A DNA stretch of 64,000 nt from Raja brachyura (Eukaryota), in the NCBI GenBank assembly GCA_963514005.1, contig OY740813.1, positions 20,894,001 to 20,958,000 of the forward strand. The letters are read 5' to 3'. Shown here piece after piece: positions 52,387-64,000 of this stretch. The translations under genes and the position numbers were made by a program. The notes under the pieces are model-generated. The model searched no databases, was not told the origin of the DNA, and saw only the letters and a list, made by a program, of their open reading frames with translations. Every line of letters starts with the position of its first letter. Position 1 is the first letter of the stretch.

Positions 52387-52750
52387 TTAGCCAAGAAAGA
52401 TCAACAGATTACCACACCTTCTATTGCATGTAGCGTTTTGCATTGTAGATGACTGCATTAATAGTAAATCCAACATTCAGTATTAATGCAGTCATCTCAC
52501 TCTGAGAATAAAGGTTGACAGGTTTATGAGAACTTTTACTCAGCCTTAAATAGTGTTCATTCCGTATACAGTAGGTTTTGTTTTGGTTTAATAACTACAC
52601 AAAGCATGATACAGATAGATTGATGTGACTGAGCATGTAAAATGTATCATATAGTTAAAATAATATTATTTTTAAAGACATGGACGTACTTATGTCACTC
52701 ATTATTTGCTGTGTGCAATGTAAAAATGTATTTTTGATGTTTTCTTATCA

Positions 52751-52885
<135 letters not shown>

Positions 52886-53069
52886 TCAACAGTTTCAGAA
52901 ATTATGTGGAAGTACTGCAGTGTTGGTAACATGAATGTTGTAACTTGGAAGACATTCTGATGAACTGTGTGAGTGGGTGGAATCACTGACCACACTAATA
53001 AATTATTATGAAAGACTAACACATACCGACTAAATCACTCCTATTGTTTTCCATATAATATTCAAATCA

Positions 53070-53273
<204 letters not shown>

Positions 53274-54104
53274 TCAAAGAAAAGCTTCATTGTTACTGGC
53301 TGATTGTTCCCAATGACAGTAAGTGAATGTGATGGAATATAATCAAGGGTTTCCTTCCAACATGACGTTGCTTATTTCATAGAATCATTCAAATTTCAAC
53401 AATTCTCTGTAAAGTTATTCTAAAATAGATTGGGTATTTTTCTTTCGGTTAATTTCGCCATAAGATCTCATGCAGATTCCAAAGGAGTTTGAAGCAGCTC
53501 AATAAAACTGGTATTGTAGGCAAGTCATTTTTTCCCTTCATAAATGAGGTCAATTTTAACCCTGCTCGCCTGATAGATGCCAGGAGGGTGGGCAATTCAA
53601 ATCCACTGATGTCATTGGGGCTTGATTGCTATTTTAATGGATATGAGCAGGAAGTTACTATGATTTCCCACCAGGTCAACTTTAGGCAGAAGAGAAGTGG
53701 AAACAGAAGAGGCCGTGTAAGACAAGCTTTGTTAATTTTTCTCTGTGAAGCCACGAGAAACAGGAATGGTCCTCTGGGTCTCACAAGGAATCCCAAAACC
53801 ACAATTTCCCTGGACACCGTGTTCCCCAGTTTACAGAAAAACTGTCTGAATCTACTCATGCTAGCAGTTAGTTGCAGGTGGTGGCAAGGTAAATATTATT
53901 GAGGCCTCCAAGTTAGCATTGCCCCGATGCCCTGAAATATAACTGAAACAAATATCTGGGACTGCTAACCAATCACATTCGCAGCTGGAATCCTCTTTTC
54001 CCCTGGCCAATTTATCCTCTCCCATAGCCTTGTGCCAAATTGATGGATTGGGAATCTTAGAGACGTAGTGTCATAGCATGGAAACGAGTCCGGACTAATG
54101 TAGC

Positions 54105-54330
54105 AATACACTAAGTGCTGGAGCAAACTCAGCAGGTCAGGCAGCATCTATTGAAAGGAAATAGATTGGCAATGTTTTGGGTCGAGACCCATCTTCTGAC
54201 TAAACTGAAGAAGGGTCCCGACTCAAAATGCCATCTCTCCATTTTCCTCTACAGATGCTGCCTGACCCGTTGAGTTCTTCCAGCAATTTGTTTCTTTTTC
54301 TCAAGATTCCAGCAACTGCAGTCTCTTATG
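54105..54330. mobile_element. inverted pair of Penelope terminal sequences (fold-back)
   Basis: tgctggag..ctcagcaggtcaggcagcatct ... agatgctgcctgacccgttgagttcttccagca. Confidence 0.7.
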
Positions 54331-55779
54331 TTTCCTGACTAATGGGCCTTCTTAAGCACATTATCTACCTGCAATGTAATCTTCAAGAATCTTTGGCCTT
54401 TTCCTCCAAGATCAATACTCTCTAGGACCCTACCATTCATGATGTCTACCCTAGACTCATGGACACTCCAAAAATGTATGACGTCATATTTCTCAGCTCA
54501 ATTCACATTGATATCACCCTGTGCCCGCAGGTACACAATCACACTTTCAACAACTCCTGCAAACTTGTCTGCAACAGCTTCAAGAATCTTATGTTGCATT
54601 AATGCAATGCCAGTCTTGATTCAACTGCTTGTGGCAACACAGCACATAACTGCCACAAAATGTGCTCTTACTTCTTAAAATCGAACGATGACTAGAAATG
54701 TCAGGAGGGTATAATGGAAATCATGCAGTGCTGAAGAGGGAGCTGCTGTCCAAAGTTGTGGTTAAGCCACTGATTTGCATTTCCCAAGCCTGCTCTGTCT
54801 TCATTAAGAGCTCTAATGTTAGTCTCACCTGAGCAACTCCAGGCTGTGTTCTGCCCCCACAGCATTGCCAGCCTTAAGTATGTGAGTGGAAATTTTCATC
54901 TGCGATAACATTATTGCACTTAGGACCCCTTCTGTTGATAGGCTCTGTTGTAATCCCACTATTACCGAAACACTTTGTGAATTAGTGGAAATTAAAAATG
55001 GTTTTTAGGCAAAAATGGGCTCAAGGCCAGCATATGGTGGTAAATCCCATAATAACTGTGTTGGGTGCTAGACTGTTTCTATTTAATATTTCTATTTAAT
55101 ATTTTAATTTATTGAAATAGGCACTGAAGATAAATTAAGACTAATCAAGGTGATTACAAGAGTAGGTGTTACTGGCATTAGTGAGATTTGGGGATTCTGC
55201 CTGTAGGGCAACATGGCTTTTGTGACTTTCGGTGGTGCTGTGGCAATGCAGACCTACAGTTTGTAGTTTAGATGCTTTCATAGTTCAGTCAGGTCATGGA
55301 TTGAAAATGAATAAAATAATAGTTCAGGAAGGGAAGTAGGTGTCCCACCGTTCACGGTGGTGTAGCAGTTTGTTTAGGTGCCTCACATTCCAGGAACCCA
55401 GATTCAATCCTGACCTTGATGTGTGGAGCTTGAACTTTCACTCCATGACAGTGTGGGTTTTTGCTGTTTCCTCCTGCAGCTCAAGGATGTGCTAGCAGAC
55501 TAATTGCTTACTGTGAATTATTTCTTGGTGTCGGTAAGTGGCAGATGAATCAAAGGGGAATTGGGACAAAAATTACATGTTTCTTATTACCCTGGCAGAA
55601 AACACCGCACACCTAACAGAGGTACTACAAGTGGGAAGACTTGTCAGGATGCATTTAGATCTGGTAAAGCCAGAGCCTAGTGCTACTATGTATTCCAAAC
55701 AGGCAAAGCAGGTTAATGGTGATCAAGAACACATATCAGCATATTTATTTTCTTAGACGTCTGAGATGAAATATGCCAC

Positions 55780-56100
55780 GAGGATTCTCTCATACCTCTA
55801 GATGCGCTATAGAAAGTAATGCATCACAGTCTAGCATGACAACTCCTCTGTTCTTGACCGCCTGAACCTGTAGACAATGGTGAACATAATCCAGTCATCA
55901 CAGGCTCGTCACTTCCATTCATCCAGTCCAACTTCACAGTACGTTGCATCAGGATGGCTGGAAGTATCATCAAGCATGCCTGCCAACCTGACCTTTCTTT
56001 TTTGTTCTTTCTTCTGGGAGAAGGTAGAGAAGCCTGAAAGCCTGGCATCAAAATTTAAGAACAGCTTCTTCCCCACTGCTATTAGATTCCTGAACCAACC
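55780..56100 (+). mobile_element. Rex1/Babar-type 3' fragment
   Basis: SLASKFKNSFFPTAIRFLN peptide. Confidence 0.65.
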
Positions 56101-57848
56101 ACTTTTTTGCACCTCCATCCCGGAGATGGGAAGGCAGCACAGTGGCACAGCAGTAGAGGTGCTGCCTTACTGCGCCAGCGACCTGAGTTCCATCCTGTCT
56201 ATGGGTGCTCTGTGTACAGAGTTTGTATGTTCTCACTGTGACCACGTCAGTTTTCTCTGGGTGCTCCGGTTTCTTCCCACATTCAAAAGACGTTTAGGTT
56301 TGTAGGTTAGTTGCTTCAGTAAAAATTGCAAATTGTCCCATGTGTGTAGGATATTTCTAATTTATGGGGTGATTGATGGTCGGCACGGCCTCAAAAATGG
56401 GCCAATGGCCTGTTTCTCTAAAGTTGCTGCCACGTATCCTACTACCTAATTTGCTTATTGTTATTACGGTCTAGTTTTTTTTGCACTTCATATTGTACTA
56501 TAAATCTTTGCATCATTCTGCTACCTTACACTTACCATTGTATTTCTTGGTGTATATATCATTACCATGTACACTGTTTATTCCATGTGCTTTTTGTAAG
56601 GATGAAATTTTATTGCAACCTGTTATAAACTAATAGAATCTGATTCTGAACATCGGCAGCGCAATCTGGGTGATCCTTTTCATTGTGTTCCTTTGATCTA
56701 TTCTTTCTCTCCTCTCAGCATCCAATTTGAAATTGAATTCAAGCCTGTAACAGCCGTTTCTGGGTTCATGCTATTCATCAGCTCTTCAATAAGATCTGTT
56801 AAAGATCTGCATGGTTGCTTTTCCCATTCACACAGATCCTAGTCATCCTGTAGAGGGAGCAATGGTTTTTAAATGGGTTACACAAAAAGCTGGAGAAACT
56901 CAGCGGGTGCAGCAGCATCTAAGGAGCGAAGGAGATAGGCGACGTTTCGGGTCGAGACCCTTCTTCAGACACAATGGTTTTTAAATGGTTGGCTGACAGG
57001 AACCCCCAGCTCACAAGCATGCAGAAAGTGTAGGGCTGGACGAGGAGGGGCAAGTGGTGTTCATTGCAACCAGATATAATATCAAGGTAAAAGACAAATA
57101 ATGGATGCAAATATATCTTTGCTTACCACCAGAAACACTGAAGAACTCTGACATTTACCCGGCATACATAATCTTTCTAAGTGACTATTTTCTAGAGCAA
57201 TTATACTTAAATAAAATGATGACCTTATTAATCAGATTGCTTCTACTCCATTCTGATATGTCAGGCTTTTATAAATCATTGTTTAAAGCATAGGATAAAC
57301 ATTGTCATTTCTCAGAAAGGGGTTAGATTTGGAATGATCTATTAGCCTTCAATATTGTGCAGTTAATACAAATTATTTGCACTTGTAGAGGCAGGACATG
57401 GGGGATCAGATGAAAATAAATCAAGAAAATCGGGATCTTAACAGAACTATTCCACACAAAGTCCAAGATATACAGTATCTGGATCAGTTGCCAGGGAGGT
57501 CTCTGAAGAACAAAATGCAAGTGAACTGAAAGGACATCTGGATTTGTTAATGCCCTTTATATTCTCCAGCAGTGAAAAGTTGATGTAAACAGAATTTATC
57601 GTCACTCTCTGGTACAGTTGGGAAAGTAGAATTAATTCTCGAGCAGCTTTAGTGGTGCAAATAAAATCCATATTTCTCATTCAGCAATGCATAAAAAAAA
57701 TCTAGATTTATCTTGCTCTTGAATTAAGTTAAAAGGGGAAATCGCTGAGAGAGATCCAGCTTCAAAGCTGCACACTTGAATCACTTTGTGAAACATTAAG
57801 CCTGGAAAAAAAACAAGTGCTTCTAGTTTTTATTAAAACAGGAATTTC

Positions 57849-57880
57849 AGGCCCCTGGTGGCAGCAGGGGGGTATTGCAG
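57849..57880 (-). promoter_or_regulatory. candidate CTCF site with upstream (ZF9-11) motif
   Basis: Minus strand CTGCAATACC-cccctg-cTGCCACCAGGGGCCT: near-consensus core plus a TGCARTACC module at canonical spacing. Confidence 0.5.
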
Positions 57881-58910
57881 CAATAATGCAACCATACAGC
57901 TCAACAGAGACAGTTCATAGCAGATAAGAAATCCGCCAATAAAAGTGAACACGAAGGTAGAAAGTAAAATTCTTTAAAATCCAAGAGCAATACTTAGGAT
58001 TGCAATAAATTCTCTGGAATCAAGCCGTTTTAAAAATTACTTTTTATGTCAAGATATAATCCAAATGTCACGAAATGCTGCAGGCTCACTTTCAGCTTTG
58101 TATATTGTTTATATAATCCAGTGATTTCTCATTTGGTGCGCTGAGATTGAGTTCTGCTATATAATGAAAGTAGTTGTTTAGACAACTCATTCCAATTCCA
58201 ATACTTAGAATTCATATATATCATAATTTTATGAAAATTAATCAAGCTTTTCAGTGTACTCATTTATACTAAAGAAATTTGAACATAGAACAGTAAAGCA
58301 CAAGAATTTGCCTTTCAGCCCACAATGTTTGTGCCGAACATGATGCCGAGTTAAACAAATTTTACCTGTATGTACATGATTTGTGTCCTTCCAATCCCTG
58401 CGTATCCATGTGCCTATCCATAAACCTTTTAAATGCCACTATCATATCTACCACTACCACCGGTAGCATGTTCCAGGAACCCACCACCCTCTGGGTAGTA
58501 AAAGACTTGCCCCATACATCTCCTTTAAACTTTGGTCCCCTCACCTGAAAGCTATGCCCTCCAGTCTTTGACATTTACACCCTGAGGAAAAAGGTTCTGA
58601 CTGTCTACGCTATCTATGCCTCTTGCAATTTTATACAGGCACTCCCCGACTTACAGAAGGGTTATGTCCTGTAAACCTTATGCAACTCAGATTATACACC
58701 AGTTAGAATCACCTTAAAACTAGGTAGAAACAAGGAAATGCAAATGCTGGTTAAAACACAAAATGACACAAAGTGCTGGAATAACAGCAGGTCAGGCAGT
58801 ATCTCTGGAGAACATGGATAGGTGATGTTTCAGATTGGGACCCATGTTCAGACTGATTCATTTACTTGCTGAGTTACTCCTACACTTTGTGTCGTTTCAC
58901 CTTTAAACAA

Positions 58911-59047
58911 GGTACTGGTGCCACTGGTCTGCACCTGCGAGTCCCTCTTCATTAGCGGCCGCACCATCCGTTTGACATGGCTATCACTGTGCCTCATGTT
59001 GTAGCCCCTGGCCGACAGCACTTTTCTTAGGCTGCCGCCACTGACAG
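58911..59047 (-). pseudogene. decayed histone H1 globular-domain fragment
   Basis: VSGGSLRKVLSARGYNMRHSDSHVKRMVRPLMKRDSQVQTSGTS aligns without gaps to the H1 consensus [44 protein letters not shown]. Confidence 0.65.
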
Positions 59048-59211
59048 GACGTGCATGAGACACTTTCCCCTCTCACCTCCTGCTTCTCTTCGGAGTCACC
59101 AATATCTTCCACATTGGCATCTTCCACCTTAGGTGGTGAAGGTGGAAGCAGCGGGATGGACAAAGTGATGGCTGACAGGGAGAGGTGGCAGCAGGAGAGA
59201 GGTGAGGGAGC

Positions 59212-59347
59212 CCCATGGTGACCCAGTGTATTCTGTCAGTGGTGGCTGCCTGAAGCGCTGTCAGCCAGTGGCTACAATGTGAGCCGCAACAACAGCCGCG
59301 TGAACTGGACAGTGTGGCAGCTGGTAAAGAAGAGCTCACTGGTGCAC
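59212..59347 (+). pseudogene. second decayed histone H1 globular-domain fragment
   Basis: PMVTQCILSVVAA(fs)ALSASGYNVSRNNSRVNWTVWQLVKKSSLVH versus H1 [31 protein letters not shown]. Confidence 0.7.
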
Positions 59348-61160
59348 TTTGTGGAAGATGTCGGCGACTCATTTGTTCTCCACCGACTCACTCGCCTTCC
59401 CAGTGTCACACTGACAGTGACCCAAACTGGAAGAGTAGCAAGCCCAGACGATGCTTTTACATCTATGAAGCCATCCTCCTGCTGCCAAAAGTGTGTTTCT
59501 CACTTTTATTAAACCATTGAATCATAGCGAAACCCACCCACCCACCTTGATAAGCATGCTGGGTCCTGCCTTAATGGCTACAAAGCATCCAAAGCCCAGG
59601 CTTGGCTGCACTTGCCCATCTTCCACCCAATTGCAATTTAAAATTTCCGATTCAAAGTAGTCGCTAAGGAATAGGTTTCAGGGAGAGGCAGTGGTTTCTC
59701 CATTTAGATTGTTTTGAAATGATTCTATAAACGTGGCTGTAATAACACAAGTCATTCGGGAAACGGACCCACCGGTTGTGAACCGTTTACATAAGAACGA
59801 GTTAACATAAGTCACCTACCACGTAAGTTGGAGATTGCTTGTATACTATAATCTATCTAATTTTCCCTAAGAGGAAACTACTGTCGATAAGTACCACAGA
59901 GAAAGGAATAGAAGGATATACAGATGTAGTGGATGAAAGGAGCGAGTAGATCAAACCAAAAGCATTTATCAGTTGGGTTGAATGGCCCATTCCTGTCCCT
60001 GTGTAATAACAATATATATTTGTAACTAATAGCATAGAGTGAAACAGCATGAGAAGTTCCGATGTTTCAGATGCAGCAGAATCTGAGTTCTGAGAATAAA
60101 CTTTAACACTGACTGTAGTAAAAGGATGTTCAACAGCTGGAATAACTGCCCAGAAAGGGTTGTGAGGCAAGCACAATGCATTCAACAAAGATTTGTTATT
60201 AGAAAATGGGTCAACAGGTAATTTGGATAGATGAACACAGCGCGCCCAATCAGCTGAACCTAATTTGTGCACATTTATTTCACTGATGAATGTGTAGACT
60301 TGGTGTAGGAGTGAAAATATTATTATAGGCTTATTCATTTTGTGCCATACATTTTTATATACACATTACAGTTCCAGTAAATTAAAATTAATAATCCTTA
60401 CAGAAATGTTTTTCTTCAAAATATGTTTTGTTCAGGATGGTGGAGAGGGTATTGATGAACCAAATAACTGTGTTATGATTTGTGACGGTGCTGAGCAAGG
60501 AACATGTGGCTATAAAGAATATTAACAGCTTCAAGATGGATGACAGAATTAAATTTAGTATTAAAAACTTCAACTTTGACACTTCTCAAAAAGACCCTGC
60601 AACAAGGTAAGCCTCTGAAAGAGGAAAGTGGCTGTGGGTAAATATTTTCACTCCCCAAACTACATTCAGAGGTTTTCTGCTTGCAATCTACTTGTAGACG
60701 GTCAGGGAGATCTCTGAGATGCAAAGAGGTTTTGCTGCAATTGTACAAAGCTTTGGTTAGAATGGAACTTTAGTTTTGTACGAAGTTATGATCTCCTTAT
60801 ATAAGGAAAGATGTTCTCTCACAATGGTACAGCAAAGGTTCATCAGATTTCTATGATTACAAGATCAACAGAGATTGAGATGGGGTCAATTGGGCACATA
60901 AGTTTGAAGAAGGATTCTGACCAAAAACGTCACCTCCCATGTTCTGCAGAGACACTGCCTGATCCGCTGGGTTATTCCAAAGGACCAATTTCATGCTGCA
61001 TGACTCTGAGGACTTGTGGTTACAATCTAAGCATGGACCTAAGCCACATCTAAGATGGATAGAATTTTTTTCACTTAGAATGTGGTGCACCTCGAGAATT
61101 CTCCACCACAAAAAGGAGTTTGAGCCAAGGTATATTCAAGAGGTGCGGCACAGTGGCCAG

Positions 61161-61223
61161 CAAAGATACTAGAGCGAAGCTATACTATACTATAAGATAC
61201 TATATTCCGCTATAGTATCTTCG
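61161..61223. mobile_element. 63-bp minimal MITE with 8-bp TSD, inside a SINE head
   Basis: GTGGCCAG duplicated (61153-61160, 61224-61231); TIR CAAAGATACTAGAGCG / CGCTATAGTATCTTCG. Confidence 0.75.
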
Positions 61224-62431
61224 GTGGCCAGCAGTAGAGTTGCTGTCTTACAGTCCCAGAGAACCGGGTCTATGGGTGCTGTCTGTACTCCCTGTGACCA
61301 CGTCAATTTTCTCCCAGTGCCCCGGTTTCCTTGCTTCCCCACTCCAAAGACGTGCAGGTTTGTAGTTTAATTGGCTTCTGTAAATTGTCCCTGGTGTGTA
61401 TGATAGAACTACTGTACAGATCGCTGTTCGGTACGGACTCGGTGAGCTGAAGGGCCTGTTTTCATACTGTATCTCTAAAACGCCTTCTTCTTCTTTCGTG
61501 TGGCGGGCACAGCCTAAAGTTGTAGGACAACTTGTTCTATTTGATCTTCCGTTTGTGCACGTCCACCTGATTGCATTAGTTGAAACAGGGCGGACCACAT
61601 GAAGGTTGCAATCTTCTACCACATCTCTAAAACTAAAGAGTTGGGATATTTTCCCTCTGGCTAGAGAAACCAAAGGATATGAGGACAAATCTGGATAAGG
61701 GATGATCAGCCATGATCTGATGGTCTGCTCCTGTTCTTATTTTCTCCGCTTCTATAATGTGTTGGTTAAAGAAATCCGTATATTTCTAAGCCTATTTTTA
61801 CATTCCAATACACTCTACATAATTTTAAGCTCTCTTGAAATGTAGCTAGTTTTTAAATGGTAGCTAGCAGAGCAGAGGATCTGCAGACGGGAAGGTCCTA
61901 CAAACTGCAATGTAGAACGCCGTGAGTGATAGAGGAATCATTATTGCCCAAGACACTGAGGATAATGTTTTGATGGTTGTCCAAACAGACCTGGGACCAA
62001 GGGACTGGATGAGGCTTTAGTTGATCCCTCAGCACTGCGCACCCTCGTTAATGCCCCAACAACACGGCGCTCCCTCTTCATTGCCCCTCCAACAGCGCGG
62101 CGCTCCCTCAGCACCAAATATCATAGAGCGGAGATCACCAGCACTGCATCGACTTCGCCGGCATTGACGACGGCGCGGCGCGGCGCTCCCTCGGGGGCTC
62201 CTCAGACAGCGTGACGCTCCCTCACAAATAACACGGCGCTCCCTCAACACGGAATGGATGTGGGAGGGGGGGGGGGGGGGGGGAGGGGTTGACTTGTTCA
62301 CCGCCGGCCAACTCTCAACTCCCTCATCGCCATCGCCGCCTCTGCAGGCACCACTGAGGGAGCGTCGCGCTGTCGTGAATGATAAGGGGAGCGCCGCGAA
62401 AGACGCCAGCCCGTGCCAGCCCACTAACTAC

Positions 62432-62478
62432 CTGCCATGGTGGTAGTCCCCGACGTAGCTGCTGCCCGTGTACTCCAT
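62432..62478 (-). CDS. MORN5: MORN5 exon 1
   Basis: gccatcATGG Kozak context. Encodes MEYTGSSYVGDYHHGR, then AG|gtagtt. The five exons join in frame to 546 nt (181 aa). Confidence 0.94.
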
Positions 62479-62914
62479 GATGGCGCCGCCGCCTCCTTGC
62501 CCCGCACCGCCGTCCGCCGCCACAACAATGTTGCCATAGCAAACACCGCGCCCTTTGACCCCCGACAGCAGAGAAAAAGCTAACCCCCGCCCCTCACTCT
62601 TCATTTACACGCCCAACAGCATTTAATATGGGAAATGAAAACTAAAGGCAGAAATTAAAACAAATCTATTATTTAATTGTGAATTTAACAAAGAACCGCC
62701 CAGGTGTGATAGACAGCGTTACAATTCAATCACGACGCAGTATTGGGAGACGCGCGCAGGGATTAGCCAATCAGAGCAGTTGTGGGGCGGGACTTGTTGC
62801 CGGCAAAGGCGGGTTCATGGTTGCGCGCATGCGTGTTGCGGCGACCTTCGGGCTTTGCCGGCTGCGGCCTAGAGCGCGGGCGGCTGAAGGAGCCGAGCAG
62901 CAGCGGCCGCCGCC
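62479..62914. promoter_or_regulatory. bidirectional CpG-island promoter of MORN5 and NDUFA8
   Basis: 436 bp between divergent ATGs. X-box GTTGCCATAGCAAAC at 62530-62544, GC boxes at about 62585 and 62783, CCAAT AGCCAATCAG at 62765-62774, NRF1-like CGCGCATGCGTG at 62824-62835. Confidence 0.85.
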
Positions 62915-63126
62915 ATGACCGCGGTCGAGTTACCGACGCTGCAGGAGCTGAACGTGCAGGAGGTCAACGTGTCCTCGGCCGTGCTGAAGGCGGCGGCTCA
63001 CCACTACGGCTCGCAGTGCGACAAAGCCAACAAGGAGTTCATGCTGTGCCGCTGGGAGGAGAAGGACCCGCGCCGCTGCCTGTCCGAGGGCCGCAAGGTC
63101 AACCAGTGCGCGCTCGACTTCTTCAG
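62915..63126 (+). CDS. NDUFA8: NADH:ubiquinone oxidoreductase subunit A8, first coding exon (gene continues beyond the window)
   Basis: gccgccATG. Encodes [71 protein letters not shown] with twin CX9C motifs; donor TTCAG|gtaccc. Confidence 0.96.
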
Positions 63127-63319
63127 GTACCCGAGCCCGGGGATGTGTACAGCGCAGGCCGCGGCCAAGCCAATGGGCTGGATCTGGCAGAGCCCGGAGT
63201 TTGCACTCCCGCTGCCCTGGGGTGTTAGTGCCTTGCACATGCGGGATTCGGGCAACATCACAGGGGTGTCTACATATGCAGCAATCTCGAGCGGAATACA
63301 GAGTACTGGAGTAACATTG

Positions 63320-63760
63320 AGACGCAAGGAACTGCAGATGCTGATTTACTGAAAATGAGCCAAAGTGCTGCAGAACTCAACGGGTCAGGCAGCATTTATG
63401 GAGGAAATGGACGTGCGACGTTTTCGGGTTGGGTGTTTTCGTCAGACTGATTAAACGATGGCTTAAAAGCTGAAAATGTTGCGAAGGATAAATGTGGAGA
63501 CACGGAATTGCAAATGCCGGTTCTTAAAAAAAGTTGCAGTAACTCAGTGGGTCAGGCAGCATCTCGGGGGAGCATGGATATGGGCGATGGGGGGTTGAAT
63601 GACACGTGGATGGACAAAGGCTAGAGGTGAAAAGGAGACGAAGGTTGTCAGAAGGAGTGAAATGTGAAGACGGGGAGGGATATAGGTAGGTGGAATCGTG
63701 GGAAAATATGTACTGGGGTTGTTGCCTGAAATTGGAGAAGTCAGTGGTCATACTCGGATT
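63320..63760. mobile_element. Penelope-like terminal fragments in NDUFA8 intron
   Basis: aaggaactgcagatgctg...ctcaacgggtcaggcagcat family sequence, two copies. Confidence 0.6.
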
Positions 63761-64000
63761 GTTATATGTAACCTGGCATTGACAGCTGTTTACTCTTGAT
63801 TCTCTTTAAGAACATTTCTGTGCATGTTGGAGAATGCAGCTGGACAGGGTTCAGGTTCAAGTTTATTGTCATTTGTGCATAATGAGGTAGAGGTACAATG
63901 ACAACTGATTTTATCGAGAGTCTCTGCAGCATCCCCAGTATCCTGTTTGATCTCTGTCACCCATAATGAACTATGAGTTTATAGCTTAAGTTTTTGTCTA

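Larger units (their letters stand above)
58636..59841. mobile_element. Tigger/pogo-like (Tc1-mariner) non-autonomous element with internal cargo
   Basis: TIRs CAGGCACTCCCCGACTTAC and (reverse complement) CAAGCAATCTCCAACTTAC match at 15/19, with TA on both flanks. It follows a CR1 fragment at aattttaTA. Confidence 0.7.

Noticed and set aside
63127-63352. Read-through of the NDUFA8 ORF to 145 aa
   Set aside because: Similarity stops at the GT donor after LDFFR; the remainder is intron.

Overview
Vertebrate nuclear DNA from a cartilaginous fish (inferred from abundant HE1/V-SINE-type SINEs and CR1, Rex1 and Penelope repeats; probably a skate or ray). It holds three genes in the order I recall for human 9q33. 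First, the last five coding exons of LHX6 (+, 3089-30896). Second, a complete five-exon MORN5 (-, 62478-47122, 181 aa). Third, the first coding exon of NDUFA8 (+, 62915-63126), head-to-head with MORN5 across a 436-bp CpG-rich bidirectional promoter with RFX, NF-Y, Sp1 and NRF1 motifs. Much of the rest is interspersed repeat. The most unusual signals are two TIR-bounded DNA-transposon-like insertions that appear to carry host-gene fragments. One is a 3.3-kb element (18704-22008; 13-bp TIR, 6-bp TSD) in an LHX6 intron with two diverged copies of a TDP2-exon-1-like sequence, one still carrying its splice donor. The other is a 1.2-kb Tigger/pogo-like element (58636-59841) in MORN5 intron 1 with two divergently oriented, decayed histone-H1-like fragments. 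Also noted: NDUFA8 appears to lack the first intron recalled for mammals; Penelope-derived minimal hammerhead motifs; back-to-back inverted CR1 copies; a solo LTR; several MITEs; a two-variant minisatellite; a candidate CTCF site; and a pre-miRNA-like hairpin. All homology calls come from remembered sequences, not database searches.
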